Positions 33,220 through 42,569 are shown, counted from the stretch's first letter. The stretch is DNA of 64,000 bases from an uncultured Candidatus Rokubacteria bacterium (GCA_963708025.1 CAVPSB010000013.1:128001-192000), one strand, 5' to 3'. Numbers and translations: made by a program. Notes: generated by a model not told the origin, from the letters alone.

Positions 33220-33610
33220 GCGCCTGGATCGCGTTGAAGGTTCCCTTGAGGTTGACCGCGAGCACGCGGTCCCAGTCGGCCTCGGCCAGGTCGACCACGC
33301 GCGCGCTGTGCGAGATGCCGGCGCTGGTCACCACGATGTCGAGGCGGCCGTAGGCGTCGACGAGCCGGGCGACCGCCTCGCGCACCGCGCGCCCGTCGGT
33401 CACGTCGGCGGGAAGCACGAGCGCGCCCACCCCGCCGCGCTCGGCCTCATCGACGACGGCGCGCGCGAGCGTCTCCTGGGTGGCATCGGGCAGGCAGTTC
33501 ACCCCGACCCGAGCCCCTTCGCGGGCGAGCGTCAGCGCGATCTCCCGGCCGATGCCGCGGCTCGCGCCCGTCACCAGCGCGACCTTGCCATGCAACGCCT
33601 TGTCGGCCAT
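33220..33610 (-). pseudogene. Truncated FabG-like SDR (N-terminal half only)
   Basis: VTGASRGIG...DWDRVLAVNLKGTF, after which homology stops at the amidase RBS; no YxxxK motif. Confidence 0.75.
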
Positions 33611-33747
33611 GCGCCGATTATACCGCGGCGGCGGTGGTGGTCCGGGAAGGCGACCGTGACCAGAGACCCGGTCGGCCTCGTCTGCGTGAGCGTCACGCTG
33701 GCGAGATGCCTTCGCTGCGCTGCCTGGTCACCCCAGGTCGTCGCCGG

Positions 33748-35316
33748 TCACGCCTCCATGCGCAGCTCTTCGAGATCGAGCTCGCGCTCGATGCTGCGGA
33801 GCACGTCATCATCGATGATGCCCCGGTCGCGCATCACGAGTACCGCTTCGCGCTGCGCGTCGATCACGGAGCGCCGGATCTGCCGGTGCTCGACGAGCTC
33901 CTGCTCGGCCTCGTTTCCCGGCGCTTGATCGAGCTGGTCGATGTGCTCCGCCCGGTGGCGGTACGCCGCCCGCAGCTGGTCGAGCAGGGGTCGGTGCCCC
34001 GGCCACTGCTCGTACAGCGCGTCGATCCGTCGCAGCGCCTGGTCTACCAGCTCTCGGCGCGCCTGCTGTTCCTCGACGTGCGCGTCCCCGTCCCCGCCCA
34101 GGTGGACCGCCCTGATGACGAGGGGAAGGCTCATGCCCTGGCCGACCAGGGTCACGAGAATGACCGTGAACGTGATCACGATCACCGCCTCTCGCGCGGG
34201 CAGCGGGGACCCCCCCGGCAGCGTGAGCGGCATCGCGAGCGCGGCCGCCAGCGAGACGACGCCGCGCATGCCCGACCACGACAGCACCACGATCTCGGCA
34301 ACGCGGAGCGCCGGCCCCTTCCGCGAGACGAACCGCTGCCAGGCGGCGATGCCCACGATCCAGAGGCCGCGCACCGCGATCAGCGCAACGCTGACGGCGA
34401 GCCCCGCCCCGACGAGCGCTATCAGTGTCGACCTGTCCATCTCGCGTCCCAGCGCAGCGATCTGAAAGCCGATGAGGACGAACACGATCCCGTTCAACAG
34501 GAAGATGAGCATCTCCCACACGGCGCGGCCGGCGAGCCGGACGTCGGAGCCCATGATGCGCGAGGCCCGCCGCCCGAGGTACAGGCCGGCCGTGGCCGCC
34601 GCGAGAACCCCGGAGGCGCCGAGCAGCTCCGCTGGCAGATAGGCGGCGTATGGGGTCAGGAGCGACACCGTGATCTCGACCGGCAGGTCGGAGAGCCGCG
34701 ATCGCACCTGCGCGACGAGCCATCCGATCGCCAGACCGATCGCGACCCCGCCGGCGGCGACGGCGACGAATCTCGCGATCGGCGCGAACGTCAGGACAGG
34801 GATCGCCGCGACTGCCAGACCCAGCGCGACACGATAAACCGTCAGCGCAGTGGCGTCGTTGAGAAGGCTTTCACCCTGAAGGAGCGCGACCACGCGTCGC
34901 GGCACGGCCAGGCGTTCCATGACGGCCGTCGCGGCGACCGCGTCCGGGGGCGACACGATGGCCCCCAGTGCGATCGCGATCGGCACCGTCATGCCCGGCA
35001 CCAGGACAAGGGCGACGCCCGCGGCGGCGGCGGTGCTCGCGAGCACCAGCCCGATCGCCAGCGACACGATGTTCCCGAGATCCGCACGGAAGCTGCGGAT
35101 CGGCGTGAAGAACGCGGCGAAGTAAATGATCGGCGGCAACACGAGCAGGAGGACGGCGTCGGGCGCGAGCTCGAGGCGCGGGACACCGGGAACGGCACCC
35201 AGCGCGAGCCCCCCGATCAGGAGGAGCGCGGGGTACGGAGTGCGCAGACGCCGCGCGAGCGTAACGAGTGCCGCGACGACGATGAGGAGGAGGAGAAGGA
35301 GTTCGGCCGTGTGCAA
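33748..35316 (-). CDS. CPA1-family Na+/H+ antiporter (NhaP/YjcE-like)
   Basis: LGAIVSPPDAVA; GESLLNDA; WSGMRGVVSLAAAL; RELDLEE. Confidence 0.93.
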   Translation of the reverse strand: MHTAELLLLLLIVVAALVTLARRLRTPYPALLLIGGLALGAVPGVPRLELAPDAVLLLVLPPIIYFAAFFTPIRSFRADLGNIVSLAIGLVLASTAAAAGVALVLVPGMTVPIAIALGAIVSPPDAVAATAVMERLAVPRRVVALLQGESLLNDATALTVYRVALGLAVAAIPVLTFAPIARFVAVAAGGVAIGLAIGWLVAQVRSRLSDLPVEITVSLLTPYAAYLPAELLGASGVLAAATAGLYLGRRASRIMGSDVRLAGRAVWEMLIFLLNGIVFVLIGFQIAALGREMDRSTLIALVGAGLAVSVALIAVRGLWIVGIAAWQRFVSRKGPALRVAEIVVLSWSGMRGVVSLAAALAMPLTLPGGSPLPAREAVIVITFTVILVTLVGQGMSLPLVIRAVHLGGDGDAHVEEQQARRELVDQALRRIDALYEQWPGHRPLLDQLRAAYRHRAEHIDQLDQAPGNEAEQELVEHRQIRRSVIDAQREAVLVMRDRGIIDDDVLRSIERELDLEELRMEA

Positions 35317-35435
35317 CGGGAGTCCCTAGGAGCGCGTCACTTCTGCGCGCGTGTCACGACCAGCGCACCCCTCTCACCCGGCGAGGCCAGAGGACAGATG
35401 GAACAGGACCCGATTCGCGTTGCCTCGGCTCGAGG

Positions 35436-35750
35436 CTAACGCTCCACCCCCCAGACAGGGCGGCGCGGAACAGTACCATCCGCCACACGTCCCCCTCTCG
35501 CGGGCCAAAGCCCGCGCTGAAGGGCGATCACCATGGCCGCCCCCACGATCGTCACGGCCGCCACGGCGACCGGCCCTCGAGAGACCCCGAGGGCCCAGCA
35601 CAGCCCCCCGGCCCCGAGACTCCCGACCAGACCGAGGAGGACGTCGCCCCTCCGCCCATGGCCTCCCCGATTCGTGACGAAGCCGGCCAGCAGGCCCGCC
35701 AGCAACCCCATCAGCACCCAGATCGCGAACACCATTGTACTCATGACCAT
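35436..35750 (-). CDS. GlsB/YeaQ/YmgE-family stress membrane protein
   Basis: IWVLMGLLAGLLAG...GDVLLGLVGS...IVGA. Confidence 0.8.
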   Translation of the reverse strand: MVMSTMVFAIWVLMGLLAGLLAGFVTNRGGHGRRGDVLLGLVGSLGAGGLCWALGVSRGPVAVAAVTIVGAAMVIALQRGLWPARGGRVADGTVPRRPVWGVER

Positions 35751-35975
35751 GCCTCCTGCAGGGTTTGGCGGCTCACTCCCATCACCTTCTCCTTCACCGT
35801 CCCCGACGTGGCGGCGTCCACCGAGCCGACCATCCCATCGGTCAGCTCGTTCAACCCTCCAGGGTCCTCTTGAACGAGGCCGAGGCGTGGCCTCGAGCCT
35901 TGCGCATGCTACTTCGTCGGCAACATCAAGTGTTCATAGGGCGTGCCAGGATACATGACGTACGGCTGACCGGGA

Positions 35976-36287
35976 TCAGCGACATCCAGGTTTCTTGGAT
36001 AGCCCGGGCGACGGTGCTCGGATTGGAATCCCGGAGGGCCCGTCGGCCGACTCGCCCGGCTTCCCATCGCGCTGTGGTGTCCAGGTTCCAGCCCCATATT
36101 CGCGCAGGCCTTGCAGGAGCACCCAGCGGAGCGAGGTCCCATCGCGCACGGCGCGCCGACGAGCCGCCCGCTGAACCTCGCGCGGGACGCCGCGCACCAG
36201 GTAGATCCCCGTCGTCGCCAGACGAGCCAGCACGCGAGTCGGCATCAAGCGAGCTCCCCCGTCGTGATCGTCCATGGGGCGCATCAT
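35976..36287 (-). CDS. FitA-like ribbon-helix-helix protein
   Basis: IYLVRGVPREVQRAARRRAVRDGTSLRWVLLQGLREY fits a strand-helix-GxS-helix pattern. Confidence 0.6.
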   Translation of the reverse strand: MMRPMDDHDGGARLMPTRVLARLATTGIYLVRGVPREVQRAARRRAVRDGTSLRWVLLQGLREYGAGTWTPQRDGKPGESADGPSGIPIRAPSPGLSKKPGCR

Positions 36288-36301
36288 AGCGGCTGCCTCC
36301 T

Positions 36302-36865
36302 TTACTGGCCGCCAATGGAGACGATGAACTTGACCGTCTCCTCGTGGTACGGCGACGGGATGTACGCGAGCTCGAGGCGGATCTCCTTCAACCTTTGTGC
36401 TTTCAGCGCCTCGGCGGGAAAGTCCACGTCCAACGACTGGGTCAACTCCTGCCCGGGGTCGAGCCGGTCATTGCCGTACGTCTGGAACTTGAGCGTCGGC
36501 TCGCTCCGGGCCTCCTCGAGCTTGATCGGCTGCCCCTGACCATCGACGTACTGGATCTTGCCTGCGACGAGGCGGACCGTCTGATCCGCTGAGCTGTTCT
36601 TCAGCACGACCTTCGCCGTGAGCTTCGCCGGGGAGACGACCCGGCCGGAGCCCTTCTCGACTCGCTCCGTGACCTTCATCTCCGTTACGTCGCCAGTGAC
36701 GATCCCGGCCTTCACCTTCATCGCAGCCGGCACCACCGTGTAAGTCTTGTCCTCGACGACGGCCGCCGTCGCTGTCGGCTGCTCCGAGCGGCTCAAAACC
36801 ATCCACAGCACCACCGCCACGAGCGCTCCGCCGATCCACCATCTCCACTTCCACATGCTCGCCAT
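36302..36865 (-). CDS. Hypothetical protein with N-terminal membrane anchor and beta-rich soluble domain
   Basis: Strong RBS aggaggagg; coding-like codon use; TM segment WWIGGALVAVVLWMVL. Confidence 0.8.
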   Translation of the reverse strand: MASMWKWRWWIGGALVAVVLWMVLSRSEQPTATAAVVEDKTYTVVPAAMKVKAGIVTGDVTEMKVTERVEKGSGRVVSPAKLTAKVVLKNSSADQTVRLVAGKIQYVDGQGQPIKLEEARSEPTLKFQTYGNDRLDPGQELTQSLDVDFPAEALKAQRLKEIRLELAYIPSPYHEETVKFIVSIGGQ

Positions 36866-37015
36866 GACCGCCTCCTCCTAGCACGTCCCGACCATCACCC
36901 GCTGTCGTACCTTCCCTTCACCTCGACACGCGCCGCGTCGCCTCGTCGAAGGCATCCGCCCTCTGTGGCTCCCTTCCAGGCCCTGGTCTTCTGGGATCAG
37001 GCTCGCCCGTGACAC

Positions 37016-37276
37016 CTAGGCGCTCGTGCGCCACATCGTGCGTTGAACGACGAGCACACCGGCCGCACCGATGAACGCGACGACGACCATCGCGAAGAGC
37101 CCCGCTTCCGGTGACACCTCCAGGGCCCGGAGGACCAAGCTCGCGACGAGACTTCCGCCGAGACCGAGGCCGACGTCCGTGATCAACCCGTAGCCTCCGC
37201 GCTTGAGCACACACCCGGCCAATCCACTGGCAAGCAATCCTCCGAGCACCCAGATCAGCGACACGTGGAACGTCAT
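37016..37276 (-). CDS. GlsB/YeaQ/YmgE-family stress membrane protein
   Basis: IWVLGGLLASGLAG...GYGLITDVGLGLGGS...AFIGA; ATGA overlap with the upstream GntR. Confidence 0.8.
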   Translation of the reverse strand: MTFHVSLIWVLGGLLASGLAGCVLKRGGYGLITDVGLGLGGSLVASLVLRALEVSPEAGLFAMVVVAFIGAAGVLVVQRTMWRTSA

Positions 37277-38352
37277 GACCCGTTCTCCTTCGTCCGTTTC
37301 ACCGTCTGACGTCCATGCGGGAGCTGGAGCCCGTGAACCCGGGGGCGCGGGCGCCGCTCAACCGGACGCCGACGGCGGGGCGTCCCTTCCCCGTTCTGTC
37401 GCACCAGGAGGGTCGCCAGCATTTCGATCGCGCGCTTGTCGAGCGCCCGGTCGTCGACGATGACCTCCGCACTGGAGCCGACGAGCAGCCGCACCCGCTC
37501 GGCCGCCGGAGTCGAGCAGACGATGACGTCGACCCGCCGCACGAGACGACCCAGCGCCGCTCCCTCTACCGGGCACGATCCCACGAACACGATATTCGGC
37601 AGCCCAGCATTGGCGATCGAGTGTTCCACGTTGTGGGCAGTCTCGGGCTCGGCCGAGGCCACCCCCACCCGCGTCCCCGGCGGCAGCTGGGCCAAGCGGT
37701 GGAGGGTCTCGAGATGCACCTCGGCCAGGAGCGCGATCACCGGGACGCCCAGGCCTCCCAGGCGTCGCTCGACGTCCGGGAGATGCACGAAGCTCGTCAC
37801 CGCAGCCGCCCAGCGCCCCGGCTGCTTCTTGCGCCGCGCGCTCACCGCCAGATCGACGAGCCGCACCTTCTCCACCCGAACCGGAAGCTGGGCCTCCAGC
37901 TCTCGGGCAAAGAAGTCGAGCTCGGACGGATTGCATTCCACCAACAGGATCTCGAGATCACCGCGCACGGCCGCCGGCCGGTCCTCGGTCAAGCTCAAGA
38001 CGCTGACTGCCAGCTGGTCGGCGGTCATCCCCAGGGCTGCGGCCCGGATCACCATGTCCTTCAGGAAGGCCGCTCGGAGGTGGGGAGCCGGGCGGGCCGG
38101 GAGATCCGCGGCCACGAACACGCCCGTTCCTCGTCGCGCCTCCACATAGCCGCTCTGTTTCAGATCTTCGATGACGCGCGCCACGGTATTGGGATTGACG
38201 CCCAGAAAGCCGGCCAGCTCCCGGATGCTCGGCAGGGGTCGATCCGGCGGGACGCCGCCGGCCTCGATGACATGCTTCAGCTGTTCCGTCAGCTGCCGGC
38301 GGATCGGGATCGGGCTGTGCGCGTCCACGTGGAGAGGCATCTGATTAATCAT
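37273..38352 (-). CDS. GntR-family regulator (YtrA-type HTH with PlmA-like C-terminal region), paralog 1
   Basis: PIRRQL...LPSIRELAGFLGVNPNTVARVIEDLKQSGYVEARRGTGVFV. Confidence 0.92.
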   Translation of the reverse strand: MINQMPLHVDAHSPIPIRRQLTEQLKHVIEAGGVPPDRPLPSIRELAGFLGVNPNTVARVIEDLKQSGYVEARRGTGVFVAADLPARPAPHLRAAFLKDMVIRAAALGMTADQLAVSVLSLTEDRPAAVRGDLEILLVECNPSELDFFARELEAQLPVRVEKVRLVDLAVSARRKKQPGRWAAAVTSFVHLPDVERRLGGLGVPVIALLAEVHLETLHRLAQLPPGTRVGVASAEPETAHNVEHSIANAGLPNIVFVGSCPVEGAALGRLVRRVDVIVCSTPAAERVRLLVGSSAEVIVDDRALDKRAIEMLATLLVRQNGEGTPRRRRPVERRPRPRVHGLQLPHGRQTVKRTKENGS

Positions 38353-38354
38353 AC

Positions 38355-38392
38355 TGTAATACTACACTAGTACAGACAGCTCTCGCTGTCAA
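38355..38392 (-). promoter_or_regulatory. Sigma70 promoter with overlapping GntR operator (site 1)
   Basis: Minus strand: TTGACA-N17-TAGTGT; operator TGTACTAGTGTAGTATTACA (38355-38374) ends 2 nt before the ATG. Confidence 0.85.
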
Positions 38393-38584
38393 TGCTCCCC
38401 GGGCGGGTGCCAGGAGCAGTCGCCCGTTGACGTCGGGAGTGCCAGGCTTGATCCCCTCGTGCTCCTCGAAGAGTCGCGCCAGCATCTCGACCACCTCATC
38501 CGCGGAATCGAAGATCGCTACGAGCGGCCGGGCTGAAGGGGAATGTGGCACGCTTCACTATTCCTCTCCGGCGAGTGCGCATCT

Positions 38585-38604
38585 CGTATTACATTGGTGG
38601 TACA
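38585..38604. promoter_or_regulatory. GntR operator (site 2)
   Basis: CGTATTACATTGGTGGTACA, upstream of the divergent ORF at 38785. Confidence 0.7.
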
Positions 38605-38784
38605 GTGAGCCGGGGCAAAGCCAATCACGATGAGGAGTTCGGCCACGCCCTGGTACGAAGCAAAGCTGCGCGAGACGTGCAAGGGCTCGGAGTCTCCTCT
38701 GCGCGTGTCCGTCCGTCCACCTCGCTCACCGGTTCGAGAAAGAGCTCGCGCGGTTCGCCCCTCATTGTGCTCGTCGTCCGGCGA

Positions 38785-39045
38785 ATGGCCGGCAGGCTGG
38801 CGAAGGGAGAGCAGAGCTTGAGACCGAAGCGCACAAAGGCCGTACTTCCTGCAACTCCGCATCCGGTTGAATGCTCGACGAGTGATCGGGCTGTCCTGAT
38901 CGATGCCTACAAGGCCGGCCTGATCGTGGCATGGAAGCGCGATGCCGAGCGTGGATACCGCTTGACATTTGCCGATCGACCGGATGAGTACGTGGAGGTC
39001 ACGAAGCTCACTCGGTATCTCGAGAGGCTCAACGGCGCCTCCTGA
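38785..39045 (+). CDS. Hypothetical protein
   Basis: Globular-looking segment DRAVLIDAYKAGLIVAWKRDAERGYRLTFADRPDEYVEV; start uncertain. Confidence 0.6.
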   Translation: MAGRLAKGEQSLRPKRTKAVLPATPHPVECSTSDRAVLIDAYKAGLIVAWKRDAERGYRLTFADRPDEYVEVTKLTRYLERLNGAS

Positions 39046-39162
39046 CCGCTGAGAGCGAACAGCGGGGCCATGCCGCAGATGGTCGGCCGACCTTCGACGA
39101 TGGAAAGCCGCCGCCCTTCGGCGCCGGTAGCCCGTTCGTCTCCTCGTCCTTGCCCGGGGATC

Positions 39163-39357
39163 CTAGGGCCGCATCCTAGGCGGATACCGGGGCTGCTCTT
39201 CGACGGTCGCCGTTCGCGTGTCGGAAACCGGCCGCCACTCCTTCTCGTCTGGGGTCAGCCACCACACGCGCCCGGTGTCGTCCAAGGCGTAGAGGACCGG
39301 ACTGCCGTCCGCTTTCTGGGTTGCAGCGATCTGAATGAATTTCGAGACCTGCTCCAT
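39163..39357 (-). CDS. Small hypothetical protein
   Basis: RBS aggaagggag; FIQIAAT...LYALDDTGRVWW beta-hairpin-like segment. Confidence 0.65.
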   Translation of the reverse strand: MEQVSKFIQIAATQKADGSPVLYALDDTGRVWWLTPDEKEWRPVSDTRTATVEEQPRYPPRMRP

Positions 39358-39625
39358 TCGGTCTCCCTTCCTGGGTCCAGGTAACTTTCAGCCGTCGCCG
39401 CTCAACCCGCCACGGTCAACGACAGACTCAGCGTCGCCCCCTTTGCGGCTCACTCCAGAGCTCAGTGTCGCGCTAGGTCGTACCCACGTGGCCTTCGAAA
39501 CCGAGATGAAGACAGGATCAGCGGCCAGGGCGGGTGATCGGCGTCGAGCATCGTCTGGTCCCTGATTGCCATCGTGAGCCGGCACACATCAGGCGCCCGC
39601 ACTCATCCGGTTTCCCGTATCGTCT

Positions 39626-40081
39626 TCACCACTGATCTCTGTATGCACGCCCCTGCGCCGGGGAGGCCGGTTGCTCTTGTCTGCGCCTCCACCCATTCGG
39701 CTCTGCGCCCACGGAGCCGACCGGGGGGCCCTCCCGCCTCGAATGAGCGAAAGGCGTCCACCAGTTGCCGAACGAGACGAGCGACAGCGCGAGCATGTTG
39801 AGCGCGATGGGCAAGACTTTGGGGGTGATCGGTTCGTCCGAGAACCAGTACGCGAGCGTGCCACTCGACAGCACGAGGACGAGCACGGCGGTTTTCGGCG
39901 GCCATGCGCGCCGCCACACGCGACCGAGAGCTTCACCTAGGTCGCCCTCGAGCCGTCTGTGGAGAATCACCCATGACACGAATCCGGCCACAAGGAGTGC
40001 CGGAATCCATCGATGCCACCACAGAACCGCGGCGACAATCAGCAGCACTGCGGCACGCTGCCTGCGTTCTGCGCCGCTCAC
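39626..40081 (-). CDS. Hypothetical membrane protein
   Basis: Several hydrophobic segments; GTGA overlap with the upstream ORF. Confidence 0.5.
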   Translation of the reverse strand: MSGAERRQRAAVLLIVAAVLWWHRWIPALLVAGFVSWVILHRRLEGDLGEALGRVWRRAWPPKTAVLVLVLSSGTLAYWFSDEPITPKVLPIALNMLALSLVSFGNWWTPFAHSRREGPPVGSVGAEPNGWRRRQEQPASPAQGRAYRDQW

Positions 40082-40290
40082 CGGGCCCCGCCGTCTGTGA
40101 GGGCCGTGACCGGGGCGCCGACGATCAGGACCAGCTTGATCGCGGCGAGCACACGGATCGTCAGCCGCGATGGGTCCAACTCGAACTGTCGGACCCGGTA
40201 GATCCAGCTGGCGATACCGCCAGCTCGAGTCAGCGCTGGGCCGACCATCGCGACGATCCAGACCGGAGTCCACACGGCTCGCCCCTCCAT
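40078..40290 (-). CDS. Small hypothetical membrane protein
   Basis: Two hydrophobic segments; starts directly after the 40295-40648 ORF. Confidence 0.4.
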   Translation of the reverse strand: MEGRAVWTPVWIVAMVGPALTRAGGIASWIYRVRQFELDPSRLTIRVLAAIKLVLIVGAPVTALTDGGAR

Positions 40291-40294
40291 GACG

Positions 40295-40648
40295 TCAGCC
40301 TTCCCCACCCTCGTCCCGGTAGGGATCATGCTCCGGTGTGGGGAAGCGATGGTGACCGAGAGACTCCCCATCGATGTCGATGAACACGAGGGCTTGCTGC
40401 CATCCCGGCCTATTCACCCAGATCGCCGATGCCACGGTTCCCGTGCGCATATTGACTCCCTGCCACACGCCGCCCGCAGGCTGGCCATCACGCCGGCTCG
40501 TCGTCAGCTCACGCTTGCAGGCTTCAAAACCGTCGCTCACGAGTGCATTCAGGATCTCGATCGGCGCCGCAACCCATCCCCGCTCCCGCTCGCTCCACGT
40601 CATCTTCCCCTGCTCGCGCAACTCATTGAGGCTGTTAACCGTCTGCAT
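40295..40648 (-). CDS. Hypothetical protein
   Basis: RBS ggagaa; ordered sequence GGVWQGVN...ASAIWV...LVFIDIDG. Confidence 0.7.
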   Translation of the reverse strand: MQTVNSLNELREQGKMTWSERERGWVAAPIEILNALVSDGFEACKRELTTSRRDGQPAGGVWQGVNMRTGTVASAIWVNRPGWQQALVFIDIDGESLGHHRFPTPEHDPYRDEGGEG

Positions 40649-40849
40649 AGGTTCTCCCGGTCGCGGTCAGAAACCCGACACGATGCCGCGCCGGCCCATC
40701 CTGACGTCCCATCGGCCCGCTCAGCCGCGGGCCCGGACGGCCCCCGCGCTGCCTCCCCACCTCTACCCTCGAGGCCAATAGGCGCCCGGGCCGGGACGGC
40801 GCCTTTCGGCGAGAACGAATCGACCGCCGGGCGAATCGCTTCGACCGGA

Positions 40850-41611
40850 TCAGCAAGCTGGCGTCGCGACCTCCGACCCGCGAGGGAGCCCGATCGACGG
40901 GCCAACGACGACAATGAGCCGCGCGCTCACGAGGGCGCGAATCACGAGCCAGGACGGATCAAACTCGAGCCACTGCATACTGAATTTCGGGGCCCGCGGG
41001 TGAGCGTGATGATTGTTGTGCAGGGCCTCCCCTCCCGTCACCCACGCCAGAAGCCGCCAGTTGTACGCGCTGTTGGCGAACGTCTGCCCGCCGCGCCAGT
41101 GGCCGAGCCCGTTGATCAGGGGCGCGAACACCAGGACATACAGGATGGCGTGCCCGAGGCCGACGATCAATCCCGGCATCAAACCGAGGATCGAACAGAG
41201 CAGCCCGACACCGATCACCGGGCCCGCCCAGCCCCGAGAGAACAGCGCGCGATCCCACCGATCCGGCGGGAGGTCTGGGGCGAATCTCTGGAGCGTGTCC
41301 GGGTTCCGCGCTTCACGCGCGTAGTAGTATGCGTTCAGGAGCTGGACGCGCCACAAGCCGAGCAGGCGCGGGCTGTGCGGGTCGCCGGGCCGGTCCGTGA
41401 AGGTGTGGTGCTTGCGGTGCACGGCGACCCACTCCTGACGGCACTGGCCCGTGGTCAGCCAGAGCAGGGCCCGGAACAGCACGTCGGCCACCGGGTGCAC
41501 TACGAGCGCCCGATGCGCAAGCCCCCGATGCAGGTAGATCGAGGTGGCGATCACCGCAACCTGAGTGAGGACGATGGTGCCGAATGCAACCGTGAGGGCG
41601 TGAATGAACAC
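40850..41611 (-). CDS. Membrane fatty-acid (delta-9-type) desaturase
   Basis: His boxes HRGLAH, HRKHH, HNNHH; RBS aaggag. Confidence 0.93.
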   Translation of the reverse strand: MFIHALTVAFGTIVLTQVAVIATSIYLHRGLAHRALVVHPVADVLFRALLWLTTGQCRQEWVAVHRKHHTFTDRPGDPHSPRLLGLWRVQLLNAYYYAREARNPDTLQRFAPDLPPDRWDRALFSRGWAGPVIGVGLLCSILGLMPGLIVGLGHAILYVLVFAPLINGLGHWRGGQTFANSAYNWRLLAWVTGGEALHNNHHAHPRAPKFSMQWLEFDPSWLVIRALVSARLIVVVGPSIGLPRGSEVATPAC

Positions 41612-41679
41612 GGCGGCTCCTTTTCCGTCTTACGGCGTTACCGAGTATCGGTCCCCCGTCGCTCGCGGGATGGCAGGCC

Positions 41680-41910
41680 CTACGCCGTCCGGGCTTGACG
41701 CTCGCCGATCGGCGTTGACTGACATTCGGGACACCTCGTTGCCCAATGCAGGATGCAACCCGCGCTGTCGCCGGGGTGCGGCCACGCGCTGTCGCATTCG
41801 ACACAGTAATGGGAGTGCCGTGACCTGGGGCTGGCGCGGATCACGGCTGCGGAGTGCTTCCTCCGCCACCAATCGCGTCCGGGCGTCACCGTAAGGGGCC
41901 AGGTCGCCAT
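41680..41910 (-). CDS. Small Cys/His-rich putative zinc-binding protein
   Basis: HSHYCVECDSAWPH...C...CPEC; RBS gggaga. Confidence 0.65.
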   Translation of the reverse strand: MATWPLTVTPGRDWWRRKHSAAVIRASPRSRHSHYCVECDSAWPHPGDSAGCILHWATRCPECQSTPIGERQARTA

Positions 41911-42012
41911 AGCCTATCTCCCGCGGGGCATCACGCCCTCAAACCCTCCGGATGCCGAAGTTGATCTCCGGCGTCCGCACCCAGCCTCCGATCCGGCCGG
42001 TCTGGCTCCAGG

Positions 42013-42291
42013 TCACGCAGCCGCATCACGGTCGGCTCCGCCGTTCCACGCGTGCTTCATGGACGCGGGGTCAGGCGCCATCGGACGGAGCCGCAGCGGC
42101 CGGTACCCGCTCCGCCCGAGATCCTCGATGGCGCGCGCGACTGCATCCGGATTGGCGCTCTCGCCGGCCAACACCCGGACGCGCGGCAGCGCTTGGTGTC
42201 GCGGGACGCCGCCCTCGACCCGAGACTCGATCCCTTCCATCGGCTGGTGGCGGACCACGATCGACCGGTCATCGTCAATGTGCAGTCGCAT
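42013..42291 (-). pseudogene. Degenerate, HTH-only third paralog of the GntR regulator
   Basis: MRLHID...GGVPRHQALPRVRVLAGESANPDAVARAIEDLGRSGY aligns with MRLQVD...GGVPPDQALPSIRELAGFLGINPNTVARVVEDLKQSGY. Confidence 0.8.
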
Positions 42292-42301
42292 CAGGCTATA
42301 C

Positions 42302-42339
42302 CGTACTAGTACGGTAGTACACACTGCCGGGCCTGTCAA
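42302..42339 (-). promoter_or_regulatory. Sigma70 promoter with overlapping GntR operator (site 3)
   Basis: Minus strand: TTGACA-N17-TACCGT; operator TGTACTACCGTACTAGTACG (42302-42321). Confidence 0.85.
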
Positions 42340-42569
42340 GCTCCGATTCCGATGGTCGTGCCCGCGCCAGGTCGGGTCCAGTCAAGAGCGCTTTCTATGG
42401 ACGCGTGCGCGACCGCGGCTCGACCCGCGGACGAAGCAGGCCTCGACGCGCGGGGAACCCCAGTCCCATGGCCACGGCGAGCCGGCACGCCTTGCGTCCG
42501 CGTCCAGGCCTGCGCTACGCTGGCGCGGCCTCGCAGCCGCCGCCAGCTGGCGCGCAGGCAAGAACTCCC

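Noticed and set aside
38345-38551. 68-aa ORF overlapping the GntR1 promoter
   Set aside because: It has no RBS and runs through the promoter and operator; at most it is a short receiver-like remnant.
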